A DNA stretch of 63,987 nucleotides, the filler included, from Aduncisulcus paluster (lineage: Eukaryota): NCBI GenBank assembly GCA_024181965.1. It is 10 parts of 10 records of this genome, joined end to end, with 100 filler letters (N's around TTAATTAATTAA, not from the genome) between each part and the next. Parts side by side here need not be neighbours in the genome. Positions count along the whole stretch, not along the records: positions 16,439 to 29,454 come from BQXS01011386.1; positions 29,555 to 34,107 come from BQXS01011387.1; 8 more parts are not named here. One strand, 5' to 3'. Made by a program: the position numbers and the translations under genes. The notes below the pieces were generated by a model. The model saw only the letters and a list, made by a program, of their open reading frames with translations, searched no databases and was not told where the DNA came from. How positions within the stretch are numbered: the first letter of the stretch is position 1; every line of letters begins with the position of its first letter. Shown piece after piece: positions 20,091-31,270 of this stretch.

Positions 20091-21596
20091 TTATTTCTTT
20101 ATAAGTAAGTGAACAGTCTTTTTGGCTTTCCTTTTCCTTTTCATCGATTGAATAAATTCAGAACAAGTAATAAGTTGTTGTTTTAAGCGTTCTTTATGAG
20201 CTTTCAATGTTTTAATTTCTTCATGTAAATCCCTCATCTCTTCATCCTTTTTCGAAATGATTGACATTAGATATTTGTGTGGCGTCTGTGATGATAATGC
20301 TATATACATTTCATTCTGAACCTTCATTTCGTCGACAAATTTTTGATGTTTTTCTTCAAGCGACGAAAATTTCTGAGCAATACAAGACGATGAATCCTTC
20401 GCCTTTTTGGCTTCAGACATTAACCGAACAAGTTCATGTTGATCTGCCGGTTTTCCTTCCATCAATGCAGCCTCAAACGATTCTTTGCTTCGTTGGACAG
20501 CTTCAAGAGCTGCCTTCAATTCTTTGATCTCAAGGCCTAAAGAGCAGCATTTTTCTTCTTTCTCTCGAAGATGAAGAGTTAATTCTTCATTTCTCTCACG
20601 CTCTTTACGGCATTCTTGCTCAAGTCTCAGTTTTAGCGAGTGATATTGGGAATTGAGGTGAGCTTTCGAAGTTTCAAATTCTTGGCTCATCTTTATGCTT
20701 TTTTCTTTATATTCCTCTTTCATTTGCTTACATTTTTCTTCCATCATATCCATTGTTTTTTTCATTGACTCTTTCATCCCCTCACTTATTTCAGATTTGG
20801 TTCGTTGGCTTGATAATTGGTCCAATAAATCAGATATTTTTTTAATATGTTCCTTTTGTTGATTAAGAAGCATATCTCGTGCGATTGAAAGTTCACTTTT
20901 GTCGGCTCTAAGCTCTTTAAGATCATGGGATAATCGAGTTTTCTCATCTTCCAATTGTTTACGAAGATGAGTCAGTTCAAGCGATTGCTTCTGGATTTGA
21001 GCTTGATAATATGTTTTGTCTTTTTTATAATTTTCAATTTCAGCTTGTAACATTGATTTTTCTTGGATATATAGTGATGGATTCTCAACTTCTGAAAGTT
21101 CTCTTTTTTTCTCACGCAATTCCGTTTCAAGAATCCGATATTGTCTTTTATAATCATCTAAATCCGACTGTAATGTTGATATTTTTCTTGCACTAACACT
21201 TTCACGATGTGCTAATGTTTCTTTCTCTCTTTCTTCTCTCAAATCAGTGAGCTCCGAATGAATCTCCCTCATTTTCTTTTCAGCTTCATCTGCTCTATCC
21301 ATTTCTCGACCTTTTTCAAGAAGGAGTTCTCGATTTTCCCTCCTCTCCCTCTCTTTCTCTTCCCTCAAATTATTGAGTTCTATATATAATTCCCTTATTT
21401 TCTTTTCAGCTTCATCTGCTCTTTCAGTTTGTTTTTGGACTTCACTTTTTAGGCGTCGAATCTCCAAACCTACATCAGGAGATTGAATACCCCCCATCCT
21501 GTCAGGAACTGTGGGAGAAATACTCTTAATAAATGGAGAAACTGAACCATATTTTGCTCTTAACGTTCGAACTTCATCACTTGATGGAGTGTCCAT
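20091..21596 (-). CDS. Coiled-coil protein, possibly PIBF1/CEP90-like centriolar protein
   Basis: Continuous coiled coil. C-terminal QTPHKYLMSIISKKDEEMRDL resembles PIBF1 [21 protein letters not shown]. Internal repeat RADEAEKK.RE...L..LREE occurs twice. Confidence 0.7.
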   Translation of the reverse strand: MDTPSSDEVRTLRAKYGSVSPFIKSISPTVPDRMGGIQSPDVGLEIRRLKSEVQKQTERADEAEKKIRELYIELNNLREEKERERRENRELLLEKGREMDRADEAEKKMREIHSELTDLREEREKETLAHRESVSARKISTLQSDLDDYKRQYRILETELREKKRELSEVENPSLYIQEKSMLQAEIENYKKDKTYYQAQIQKQSLELTHLRKQLEDEKTRLSHDLKELRADKSELSIARDMLLNQQKEHIKKISDLLDQLSSQRTKSEISEGMKESMKKTMDMMEEKCKQMKEEYKEKSIKMSQEFETSKAHLNSQYHSLKLRLEQECRKERERNEELTLHLREKEEKCCSLGLEIKELKAALEAVQRSKESFEAALMEGKPADQHELVRLMSEAKKAKDSSSCIAQKFSSLEEKHQKFVDEMKVQNEMYIALSSQTPHKYLMSIISKKDEEMRDLHEEIKTLKAHKERLKQQLITCSEFIQSMKRKRKAKKTVHLLIKK

Positions 21597-21901
21597 CTCA
21601 TATCGTGCAAAAAATGGGTCATTAAATCAATAATTTTCATCAACCAAATGCATAGAAAATAGTTATCGAAAATAAACAAAATTAGCAACAACTCCACCGA
21701 ATTGCCTCGTTTGACATGGTTTATTTTGCACAGAAAGCCTCCACATTTTTTGTGGGTCTGTCGTAAATAGAATCACAGCATGTATGCTTGCAACATTAAA
21801 TAAAACCAATGATTAATGAAATTATTAATTTCAATTTTATTCTTATATCACTCCATCCGCAGAGAGTAATCAAGAGTTCCTTTTGGAGAACTAAGAAGAA
21901 T

Positions 21902-22905
21902 ATGAGCATTGATTTTAAGGCATTTGTATGTGACAATGGTGACTTTTTGGAGTTTTGGCGAATTCATGTTGTTTTTAATTGATTTTGGTTCCTTTTTCCC
22001 TCTCCTCTCGTATATCTTTATTTTAGACATTTGAAGTTCAAAAAATTTTAGAAACAGCCTTGAAAAGTTATAAAGAAATCGTTGTCAAGTACCACAATGC
22101 TGCAACAGTGACTCTTGGATTACCAGATGAAACTCCAAGTTCAGAGATTTCCATTAAAGATTTAACTTCTAAATGCGATTGTACTCCCCTTGATTTGTTT
22201 CAAGTTGCTGAGGCTTGCATTTTTTTGAAGAGAATTAAAGGGGAATATCCCAAAACCATCTCATCAATCGTAAAAAGAGAGTTTCTTTCCAATATGAGTG
22301 GAAACACTGTCAAGACTATTTTAGCCACCTTCCCCCCAGAGGAACTCTGCTCTTATCTTCCTATCATTCGTGATGAGGCTATCCGTGATCCTCTTGTTTT
22401 CCTTGCAATTTCTCGTTTATTGGATAACCAAGATTCCTTCGAAAAATTACCAAGGCCTCAATGGAAAGAAGAAGAACTTGAAAGATTGATCCCAAAGAAA
22501 AAGAAATCTCCATCTAGAGAAACAGAAGGTTCTTCTCAACCTCTCACCCAGCCTTCTCAACACCTTTCTCAGCCCATTGAAGTTGTTAGATCCCAATCCG
22601 TGGAGCATGAATCAGAATCAGAGTCAGAATCAGAGGAAGTAATTGCTGTTTCAAACCCTCTCCCTCCAAGCAGTCGTAAACTTAGGACTTCTCACGATGT
22701 CGTTATTCCTTCTGTTGAGGTTGAGAAAGAAGAAGAAGAAAAGGGCGTTGAGAGCAAGAAAAAGGAAAAGAAGAAAGAGGAGAAAAAGAGAAAGGAGGAG
22801 AAAAAGAGCTCTGAACATAAGAAAAAGGAAGGGAAGAAACACTCTAAGGATCAAAAGAAGAAAAAGCGTGATAAGGATAAGAAGAAGAAGAGCAAAAAGG
22901 AATAA
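21902..22905 (+). CDS. Hypothetical protein with K/E-rich tail; join(21902..21925,22027..22905)
   Basis: Phase-0 intron 21926-22026 (GTATGT...TTTTAG) joins MSIDFKAF to TFEVQKILETALKSY. A further upstream exon is possible. Confidence 0.7.
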
Positions 22906-23319
22906 CTTATTAGTTGTAAGTTGTAGTAAAGCATAGACTCCATTCCTGTCATGAAAAATAAATTGCACACAATATGAATACGTTTTCATTGGAGTAAGTA
23001 AGTTAANNNNNNNNNNNNNNNNNNNNGAGGTTGAGAAAGAAGAAGAAGAAGAAAAGGGCGTTGAGAGCAAGAAAAAGGAAAAGAAGAAAGAGGAGAAAAA
23101 GAGAAAGGAGGAGAAAAAGAGCTCTGAACATAAGAAAAAGGAAGGGAAGAAACACTCTAAGGATCAAAAGAAGAAAAAGCGTGATAAGGATAAGAAGAAG
23201 AAGAGCAAAAAGGAATAACTTATTAGTTGTAAGTTGTAGTAAAGCATAGACTCCATTCCTGTCATGAAAAATAAATTGCACACAATATGAATACGTTTTC
23301 ATTGGAGTAAGTAAGTTAA
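22717..23319. repeat. Gap-flanking duplication 22717-23006 ~ 23027-23319
   Basis: Copies flank the 20-N gap and differ by one GAA unit. Confidence 0.9.
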
Positions 23320-23554
23320 TTTTGCAATAACTTATGTATTTTCTCCGTGTACTTAAGCTAACATATGTATACAGAAAACTTTCTGTTTTATCATTAATTC
23401 AAAGGATCCATTCAATAAAAAATATTGATATATCATAATTATTCTTGGGCAATTATAATTTTATGCTTCAATTAACTTATATATCTTTGTGCCAATCTGA
23501 AGGTAAAAAGGGCCACTCTTGCAAACATCTTTATTTTTCCATTGCAAAACATAC

Positions 23555-24154
23555 ATGAAAATTCATGTTGATATTCTGGGGGTTTTCAGATTTATTTCAA
23601 TTCCATTCGATACAATCATCCCTGTTAAAACCTGGATGAAACAAATAGAAGACGAATTCAAATATATTGCCCAATTGCATAAACCATTAAAAGTAGCATC
23701 AGTTCAGAAAGCATCAGTACCTCACACTCCAGTTTTAGAATCGGCCACTGTTGCCGAAGCATTTAATGATGAAGAATTAGTCTGTGTTCGGCCGACTGAT
23801 GAATGGGCAACTATTCTAAAGCATGAACCATGGGTATTGGTAGGCCTTGATAAAAAAATGTTTGAGACGAGGGTGATGTTCCTCAGAACTTTGTTTCAAG
23901 ATGCTCATATTCCTGTTCTACGTTCTTGCTTAGTTCGGGCGGCAGGAAACGTATCTAAGGCCGCAGCAGTGTGTTGTTATCTTGTCCCTGAAATTCTTGG
24001 TGTGAAAGATAAAGTTGTTTTCACTGTTGTTGAAGGAAGTGAACAAGATATAGAATTACAACAGCGACTTACTCGTATCAAAGATTTAGTTGGAAAAGAA
24101 GGAGATGAAAAGATGAAAATGAGGACTTCTGATCTAATTTCGAAACCAAAATAA
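23555..24154 (+). CDS. Small protein with a ubiquitin-like-fold N-terminus and a CUE/UBA-like domain
   Basis: ATG at 23555. MKIHVDI...ATVAEAFNDEELVCV has a beta-grasp-like pattern. RVMFLRTLFQDAHIPVLRSCLVRAAGNVSKAA resembles CUE. Confidence 0.6.
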   Translation: MKIHVDILGVFRFISIPFDTIIPVKTWMKQIEDEFKYIAQLHKPLKVASVQKASVPHTPVLESATVAEAFNDEELVCVRPTDEWATILKHEPWVLVGLDKKMFETRVMFLRTLFQDAHIPVLRSCLVRAAGNVSKAAAVCCYLVPEILGVKDKVVFTVVEGSEQDIELQQRLTRIKDLVGKEGDEKMKMRTSDLISKPK

Positions 24155-24348
24155 AGCATATCTATATACTGTATCTATTTTATAATTTTGAAATCTCAAT
24201 ATTTGAGCTTTTTATTCAAAATTTCTGCATAAATAATTATCTTCTAATAATATTTTGAATATTATCAGAAATATATGCCAATTTATTCCGCAAAATTCGA
24301 TTTGGAAGCATCAGTTTTTCGCTCTTGTTCATTTGCACCAAAATACAA

Positions 24349-25140
24349 ATGAGTAAGGCATACGAATATGCAGTGAAGGATTTAAAAGAGCAAGTACATG
24401 TTCATAATCATCTTATTAATAAGCATCTTGAAGCTATTGAGCAGATTGCTGGAGCTTCTGGTACAATCGGGGAATTGATACGTGCCCTTGAATCTACTGG
24501 GATGTACATAACAGATGATGCAAAAAGGTATTTATCTCAATGTAAATTAGTTGGAAATTGTAAACATTCAATTCTAGTTGATGCCCTAATTACTCCTGAT
24601 GAAGCTCTTCTTGAACAATATCGTCAAGGAAAATTCCTTTCTATAACCCCCTCAAAACCATCTACAGAGAACACTTATCAGGTTGTTCGTCATTTATTGC
24701 AGGAGTTCTTTGATGGGAAAATGGATGATCTGTCTCTCTTACGTAAATTGGATAAGGAGAGGGTAACCGTATCTGCTGAAGCCGAAAGAGAAATAATACA
24801 TCAGGCTCGTTCAGGTTCTTCATCTTTTAATCGTGTTTACCGCCTTGTATGTGAAGGGATTTCTTCAGACATTGAAAAAACTCCATACAAATCACATGAA
24901 ATGTTTGATAAAACTGGTGTTGTCGCCTGGGGTAAGAGATTAGATAAACTTGAAAAAGAAGGATGGGATCGCGTAAAACCAATTAAATCACATGATTCCC
25001 CAGCTGCCCGAGACCATGGAGATATTTTACGTTGGGAAGAGGGAAAATATCGAGAAGATCCAAGAGGGAAAAGAGTTTCAAGGACTCCACACAAGTACGG
25101 AACTCACAGTGAGCTTCATGATGCTTTGCAATGGAAATAG
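24349..25140 (+). CDS. Hypothetical protein (263 aa)
   Basis: Clean ATG-to-TAG ORF between AT-rich spacers. No family recognised. Confidence 0.7.
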   Translation: MSKAYEYAVKDLKEQVHVHNHLINKHLEAIEQIAGASGTIGELIRALESTGMYITDDAKRYLSQCKLVGNCKHSILVDALITPDEALLEQYRQGKFLSITPSKPSTENTYQVVRHLLQEFFDGKMDDLSLLRKLDKERVTVSAEAEREIIHQARSGSSSFNRVYRLVCEGISSDIEKTPYKSHEMFDKTGVVAWGKRLDKLEKEGWDRVKPIKSHDSPAARDHGDILRWEEGKYREDPRGKRVSRTPHKYGTHSELHDALQWK

Positions 25141-25262
25141 ATATAATCAATCTTGGTCTAAAGTCTCATGTTGTTGGAAATAGTAAAATTAATTTGTCAA
25201 TAATAATGTCAATTTATAATTAATATATTCAACATTTTTATTTTTGTTCACGATAAAATTCA

Positions 25263-26072
25263 TTATTCCTTTGTTTCAAGAGGAAATTGATGGCAAGAAA
25301 CTCCTTTAATCATTCGAGAAAAATGTTCAATGTCAGCATCGACTCCCATTAACTCAACATGAGATGATTTCTTTTCTTGTACAACCGGGATTGAAGATCC
25401 GGAATATCTCCGTTTTTCCACATCCTTATCATCGGTTTTCTCCTCGATAGCATCCTCTTGGATACGTTCATTTTCTTCTTCCTCCTCCTCTTCTTCTTCC
25501 TCTTCTTCAAGATCCCTTCTTCTTCTTCTTCTTCTTCGTCAAGATCAATATCTTCTCCTTCTTCATCATCTTCCTGCGATTTGTATTTAAGCAACATTTC
25601 TTTGGACTTTGTAGACACGGCAGTAATTAATCCAGCTTTCCAAATTAGATGTTCTTTTTCTATTTCTTCAGTAAACCCATCGGAATCTACCTGTACAATT
25701 TTTTCAAGGTAAAAACATGTTACCATGATTAACGTTACGCCCAAGAGAGATGATCTCGGAATTTTTGAAATAGATGGCCCGGGAAATGTCAGCGAAAACT
25801 TGCTTTTCCCTTTTAGAATTGCCACAAATTGATCATCGCCAAGAGGTTGGTCAAACTTATCAGAGGATGCTGCTCCAACATAATATGCTCTAAAACATAA
25901 CACTATACAAAAAATAATTAAAATAATTTTGAATTTGAGATTCTTCAACAGTGAATGGAAGGTACATACAATTCTTTGATGTCTTTTTTGACGCAGTAGT
26001 AATGTTAAGAATAATATTATCTGATAATTTTGAAACTGGATTTTCGACTTTAATATCCTTGATAACAACCAT
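25263..26072 (-). CDS. ASF1: Histone chaperone ASF1-like; intron 25903-25969; apparent 1-nt frameshift near 25514-25516
   Basis: Exon 1 MVVIKDIKVENPVSKLSDNIILNIT, intron GTATGT...TATAG. Exon 2 AYYVGAASSDKFDQ...GKSKFSLTFPGP...IP...LLGVTLIMVTCFY matches ASF1 YVGSAESEEYDQ...GVTVVLITCTY. The final segment DIEHFSRMIKGVSCHQFPLE is in a shifted frame ending at TAA 25263. Confidence 0.8.
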
Positions 26073-26536
26073 AACCCTCAAAAAGCCAAATTACAAAAAA
26101 AATCCTGATAGTGAAACAAAAAATCAAGCGTAAGATATATTTCTCAAATAATACTTCAACTACAGGACATTAAGTTTATTTAATCAAGCCGAAATAATCT
26201 CTACGAGAGTGAAGGATAGAAATCGGTACGAACAAGCATTAACCATGGAAGAATCCAGAATGCTCTTTGTATTCAATGTTCCAATGAATTTCAGTATAGT
26301 ATAGTTGAATAAATCGAACCTGAAACATCATATTATTTCATCATCGAGAATAACAGGATCCAAAGAAAACGCAATCAAAACATCCTATCAAGAACGGAAC
26401 CAAGACTAGAACGAGAATTCACAGAATAAATGGGTTTTCATCGGTAAATGCATCTCAACTGCCAGTTGAATACCACCACAACCACTGGCCATAGGGGAAA
26501 AAAAATTGGATTCTTGCTCTTGAAGGAGAAATGTTT

Positions 26537-26851
26537 TCATTTGGCCTTAGATGTCGAAATAAAATATATTCTATCCTTTCTATTATCACCCCTTTTCTTG
26601 TCTAATAGATTGGTAACCTTTTTCTCTCCACGATCACCTTTAATAATACTTGATTTTTTGCGTTTCATTTTAATTTTATCTAACATTTTTTTATCTTTTC
26701 CCGTTAGTCCTTTTGATATCCCTTCTCGTTTAACCTTAATAGTTTTCACTGGTTGGATTGATGGGGTATCATCCCTCTCAACAACAATTAAACCAGTATC
26801 GCCAAGTTTATATCCAATTCCATAAGGCGTTTCAACTTTTGTCACCTTCAT
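26537..26851 (-). CDS. Small lysine-rich hypothetical protein
   Basis: 104-aa ATG ORF with coding-like composition, divergent from the next gene. Confidence 0.5.
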   Translation of the reverse strand: MKVTKVETPYGIGYKLGDTGLIVVERDDTPSIQPVKTIKVKREGISKGLTGKDKKMLDKIKMKRKKSSIIKGDRGEKKVTNLLDKKRGDNRKDRIYFISTSKAK

Positions 26852-27068
26852 TTCTTTAGATTCTGACGAAAACAGTGGATTGAAGTATTTTTAATTATCA
26901 ATGAAGCATAGATGGATAAATGGCCAGAAATCATATAATTCTTGGACAGTCTGTTTAATTTAGTTTATAAATTATGACAGAGAAAGTATCTATATTGAGA
27001 ACGTGTTATTCTTCAAGAAAAATGGGTTTTGAACCAACGACTCTGCATGTCTTCATAAATAATACATA

Positions 27069-29454
27069 ATGGAAAAGAAAAGAAAGAAAAATAATAGAAG
27101 AAAAACTCAGAAGAAAGATATAAAACCGTCAATTCCTAAATTTCAAACCAAGAGGATATTGGTGAATGAAACATTCCAGAAATGTTCATGTTTTTTTTGT
27201 AAAAACGTTTTTGTTCCCGGAGATGAGGCTAGATGTATTACTATCCCAATTTCAATATGTCAAAATGAATTGATGAGCTCTGAGCAGCGTGAAATGGTTT
27301 GCTCTGCTGAAAAGGATCGTAGAAAAGCTCGGCCCATTGAATTAGATGAGACATGTGTATCGTTTTATTCTTGTTTACATCATTCCAATCGGTTTTTTGA
27401 TCATAGGATCGATGGGAAGGTTATTCCCTTTAATTTGCCACCTAAGATGGAAGAATTGATGAAAAAAACATATATTCAGAGTAATTTAATGAATTATAAT
27501 ATTTTTTCCTCTTATTTACTCGATTTCATTGAAGATATGACCCGAAAAGATAAAGTTCTTCCCCAAACTGCATCTTTATTCTCTTTACTGCCACCATTTT
27601 TTATTAAAAATCGCTCAGTATTTAGGAAATTAAAAGCTCAAGAGAAGGAATGGATGGTTTTAAAATTTTCTCCATTTTTCTCAATTTGTGAGATGGAAGA
27701 AACTTTGAATAGTTCTGACATTTCTGATATTAGTGAAAAACTTGCTTCTTTGGCGCCAAAAGCCAAGGTACGTGCGTCCAAGAAGAAATCGGGCACCAAA
27801 CCCACACTCCCTCCCCCATTGCCGTTCGATCCTTCCCCATGTACCTTTGATTCTCTTCTTGTTTCACGGTCTCCGTCTGTGATTGTGTATTCGTCAGAGG
27901 AGACTCATACTCAGTGTTTTGCCCAATGTGTATGCAGATATGTTGGAACAGGCCTTGAGAGGTCGTGGAAAACAAAGGATGATATGCTTGTTGTGTCTTC
28001 CTCTTCTTCGTCTGCATCCATAAGCACCTCTGAAGAAGGAACACGAGTACTGAATGAAATGGATGGATCATTGGGCAGGATTGATATTAAGACAGGTCTT
28101 GATGCTTCACAAAAGCCAATATTATCTTTGCTTCCCAAGACATTGGATACTCTCAAGCCCCTTACTATGACGTATCTCCTTGCACCTTGTCCCTCTCCTT
28201 CCTATATCTGGGATCGAGAGTCCATGTCATTGTTCCTTGTGCTTGTCGTTGATGAAGAGAGAGCACGGGAAACATGGAAAATCAACAAATTGGTTGCCCT
28301 CAGAGATAAGATTGCAGACAAACTGCGACAAGCCAGGAGAGAAGGTAGAGATCTGAGTGAAGCTGATGAAATCCTCGGGGACTTACTCCATGAAGAAGAC
28401 GAGTCTGTATTCTGTGAGACATTCTGCAATTCCCTTGGACCTCTCTTTGATGGATTCATCCTTGATATCACCTTGTCATATGTTAGTCCTGAAAACCCTG
28501 TAAAGCTTACCGCAGAGGACATTCAGCTTGCAAAGTCAGAAGCGAAGTTTATGGTAGAATCCGAGACCGATACGAATGGAAACGTGCCTCAGGGCGTTGA
28601 GAAAGATGATTCTTCCGGTATAGTACAGTATAATACAGTTCAATCAGGAAAGGACAAGGGCGAGGTGAAAGAAGAGGACATAGATGAAGAAGATAAGATG
28701 AAAGAAGAAGAGGAGGAGCAAGAGAAAGCTGGACCTTCTTTAGTCAATCAACTAATCCTTGCATCACATTTCCCGACTCCAGCCATCTCCTCTGCTCTGT
28801 GTGCATGCGTGTGTGTATGGGAACGGGATAGGGGAGAACGCAGACGTCTAAATGGGGAGAGGAAAGTTGTGCGGGGAAGGTGGGAGATGAAGAAATTGAT
28901 TGTAGGGGGAGAAGAGGTGAAGAGGCGAAAACGGCGAACGAAAAAAGAATTGGAAGCAGAAAAAGAGAAGAAGGATGAGAAGAAAAAAGAAGAGGAAAGG
29001 AAGAAAAAGAAAGAGGAAGAAGAACAAAAGAGAAAGGAAGAAGAAGAGCAAAAGAGAAAGGAGGAAAGCCAAAGAAGAAGAAGCACTAGAGTCAAGGAAA
29101 ACGCCTTGGTTATGCCTGAAGAAAATACAGAGGAGGAAGAAGAAGAAGAAGAGGAGGAGGAGGAATCAACAACGACTGTCCTAAGTACCCATTCTCAAAC
29201 TCTTCCTTTAACTCAAGATTCAGGAGCGTCAATCCATTCTTTGCGGCGTAAATCCACGCCTAATAGTCGTAAGAGAGATGATAACCCACGAGAAGAGGAA
29301 GATGAGGAAGAGAAGAAGAAGCGAGGGCGTCGTAAAACTCCAGCCTCTCACACTCTCTATATTCCTCCTCTTCTTGCCTTTTCTGATCGTATTTCTTTCT
29401 GTTCATCCGATCAAAAGTGCATGTGTGTAAGATCTTGTGAGAGCGGCGTGTGTG
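27069..29454 (+). CDS. Hypothetical protein with Cys/His motifs and a K/E-rich coiled coil, 3'-truncated
   Basis: Long open frame running to the linker. CSCFFC and CLHH near the N-terminus, CSSDQKCMCVRSCESGVC at the break. Confidence 0.7.
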
Positions 29455-29555
29455 NNNNNNNNNNNNNNNNNNNNNNNNNNNNNNNNNNNNNNNNNNNNTT
29501 AATTAATTAANNNNNNNNNNNNNNNNNNNNNNNNNNNNNNNNNNNNNNNNNNNNA

Positions 29556-30959
29556 AAAAGAGAAGAAGAGAGAGAAGAAAGAGAGAGAGAAGAAAGAGAG
29601 AGAGAGGAAAAAGAGAGAGACATTCAACACGAAGGAGATTCCGATTCTATTTATAGAAATCAGTGTAGACAACTTAGTGAACGCGAAGAAGCCATACGAA
29701 AGAGAGAACAAGAACTCCAGCGTGAGAAAGATGAGCTGATGCGTAAAAGTGTAATGATTGACACTGTCGAAAAAGCTTGGAAAGAAGAGAAGCAACGAGA
29801 GAAAAAATCTGAAGAAGAAACTCAAAAGAAAATACTTGAAAAGGCCAAGGAATTATCAAGACTCGAAATACAATCCATGACTAAACATTCTCCTCATTTT
29901 CACCCTTCTTCCTCTTCTTCCTCTTCCTCTTCTTCCTCTTCCTCTTCCTCCTCCTCTCCGCAATCTATTTCTCCCTCTGCTTCTTACAAGATTAGTTACT
30001 TTGACAGGTTACTTTCCTCTGAAACTCTTGAGGATTACCAGGCAGTTGAGAAAGCTTTCATCAATGATCAGGCTTCTTCTCTTCCATCTTCCTCCATCAA
30101 TGCTTCCTCTCCTTCTTTTGGGTGTCTCTTAGAGAGTCTACAAGAATCGAGAGATGACATCTTTTCACTGATAGGCGATGGATTTGTTCGTGCTGTCCCA
30201 TCTCGAAGCCAACGTCTTTCCTCATCTTCCTCTTCCTCTTCCTCTTCCTCTTCCTCTTCCTCTTCCTCCTTTTCCAAGCAGAGATATGAGTCTGAGAGAA
30301 GAGAAGAAGATGCAAGTCCATTGATAGTGAGATCTCCTCGTGAATATCCTGTGGATAATCGTCTATGGCGTAGAATGGCTGAAGATGACTACTATCCCAC
30401 GTCAAGAAGACAAGGAGAGGAGCGTGACGATGGCCTTTCTGATGATCTTGAAGTCAACGTAACAGTCAGTGTGAGCAGGGAGTTACCGACAGGGAGTCAT
30501 GAGGAAGAAGGATATGCTAGGAGGAGTGGGGATATCTCTCGTGGTGTAAAAAGGAGAGAAACAGCCACCATTGTCACCTCCAAGACACCTCAATACACCA
30601 AAAAGGAGCTGGTATACACAACGTCTCCTTATTCCTCCCATTTTCATGAAAATCAGATGAAAGAATCACATGATAGATATGAGACGATAATAGGACCTCG
30701 GTATGATGCTTCCAAGGAGTATATGCGCCAGTCTCGTGATTCGTGGGCTGGAAATGACCATCAGAAACACCCTTCTGCTTCTTCTTCTTCCTCTTCAAGA
30801 ACACATCACTCACATACTATCCTTGACGATGAAGATGTTCCAATTCAATCAGTCAGCGATGGTCCTCGTATTATTGACGATGACGGTGGACCAGCGAGTC
30901 TATTACGGAGTAGATTAGTATACATGTATGATAGTTCGCGAGGAGAATATGTATCGTAG
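29556..30959 (+). CDS. Hypothetical coiled-coil/Ser-rich protein, 5'-truncated
   Basis: Frame stays open upstream of the 29739 ATG toward the linker (QCRQLSEREEAIRKREQELQREKDEL). Poly-Ser tracts. Confidence 0.7.
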   Translation, partial: KREEEREEREREEREREEKERDIQHEGDSDSIYRNQCRQLSEREEAIRKREQELQREKDELMRKSVMIDTVEKAWKEEKQREKKSEEETQKKILEKAKELSRLEIQSMTKHSPHFHPSSSSSSSSSSSSSSSSSPQSISPSASYKISYFDRLLSSETLEDYQAVEKAFINDQASSLPSSSINASSPSFGCLLESLQESRDDIFSLIGDGFVRAVPSRSQRLSSSSSSSSSSSSSSSSSFSKQRYESERREEDASPLIVRSPREYPVDNRLWRRMAEDDYYPTSRRQGEERDDGLSDDLEVNVTVSVSRELPTGSHEEEGYARRSGDISRGVKRRETATIVTSKTPQYTKKELVYTTSPYSSHFHENQMKESHDRYETIIGPRYDASKEYMRQSRDSWAGNDHQKHPSASSSSSSRTHHSHTILDDEDVPIQSVSDGPRIIDDDGGPASLLRSRLVYMYDSSRGEYVS

Positions 30960-31270
30960 GTAATATAGACACAATAGAGATAATAATAATGATAATAATT
31001 GATACAAAGCATAATACATCAACTAAATGTTCCATATTTCTGGAAGTTTTCTTGTGTATACTCATAATTTTGTTTTTAAGAAGGAGATTGATTTGTTTTT
31101 ATAAAATTATTTTCTTCATAATATATTTTGGATATTGTAAATAAATTATATCACTCCTTTCAATTGGAAAAAGTGAATACTCGTTTTCTCGCCACCCACA
31201 AATTTAAGAAAATATATATTAACAATTTTCTTGCAAAATCACTTGTATAAATTTATAAACGATCCATATT

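Noticed and set aside
21716-21862. TAA/TAG-to-Gln reassignment (hexamitid code), suggested by an in-frame TAA before a GTATGC donor and by the VEFS/BRCT stops
   Set aside because: Conserved genes end at the expected place with TAA (PITP, Elongin C) or TAG (sphingolipid synthase), and long ORFs contain no internal TAR codons.
26290-26347. Minus-strand ATGATGA...CTGA as a box C/D snoRNA
   Set aside because: No D' box, no convincing terminal stem and no recognisable rRNA guide. Such motifs arise by chance in AT-rich DNA.
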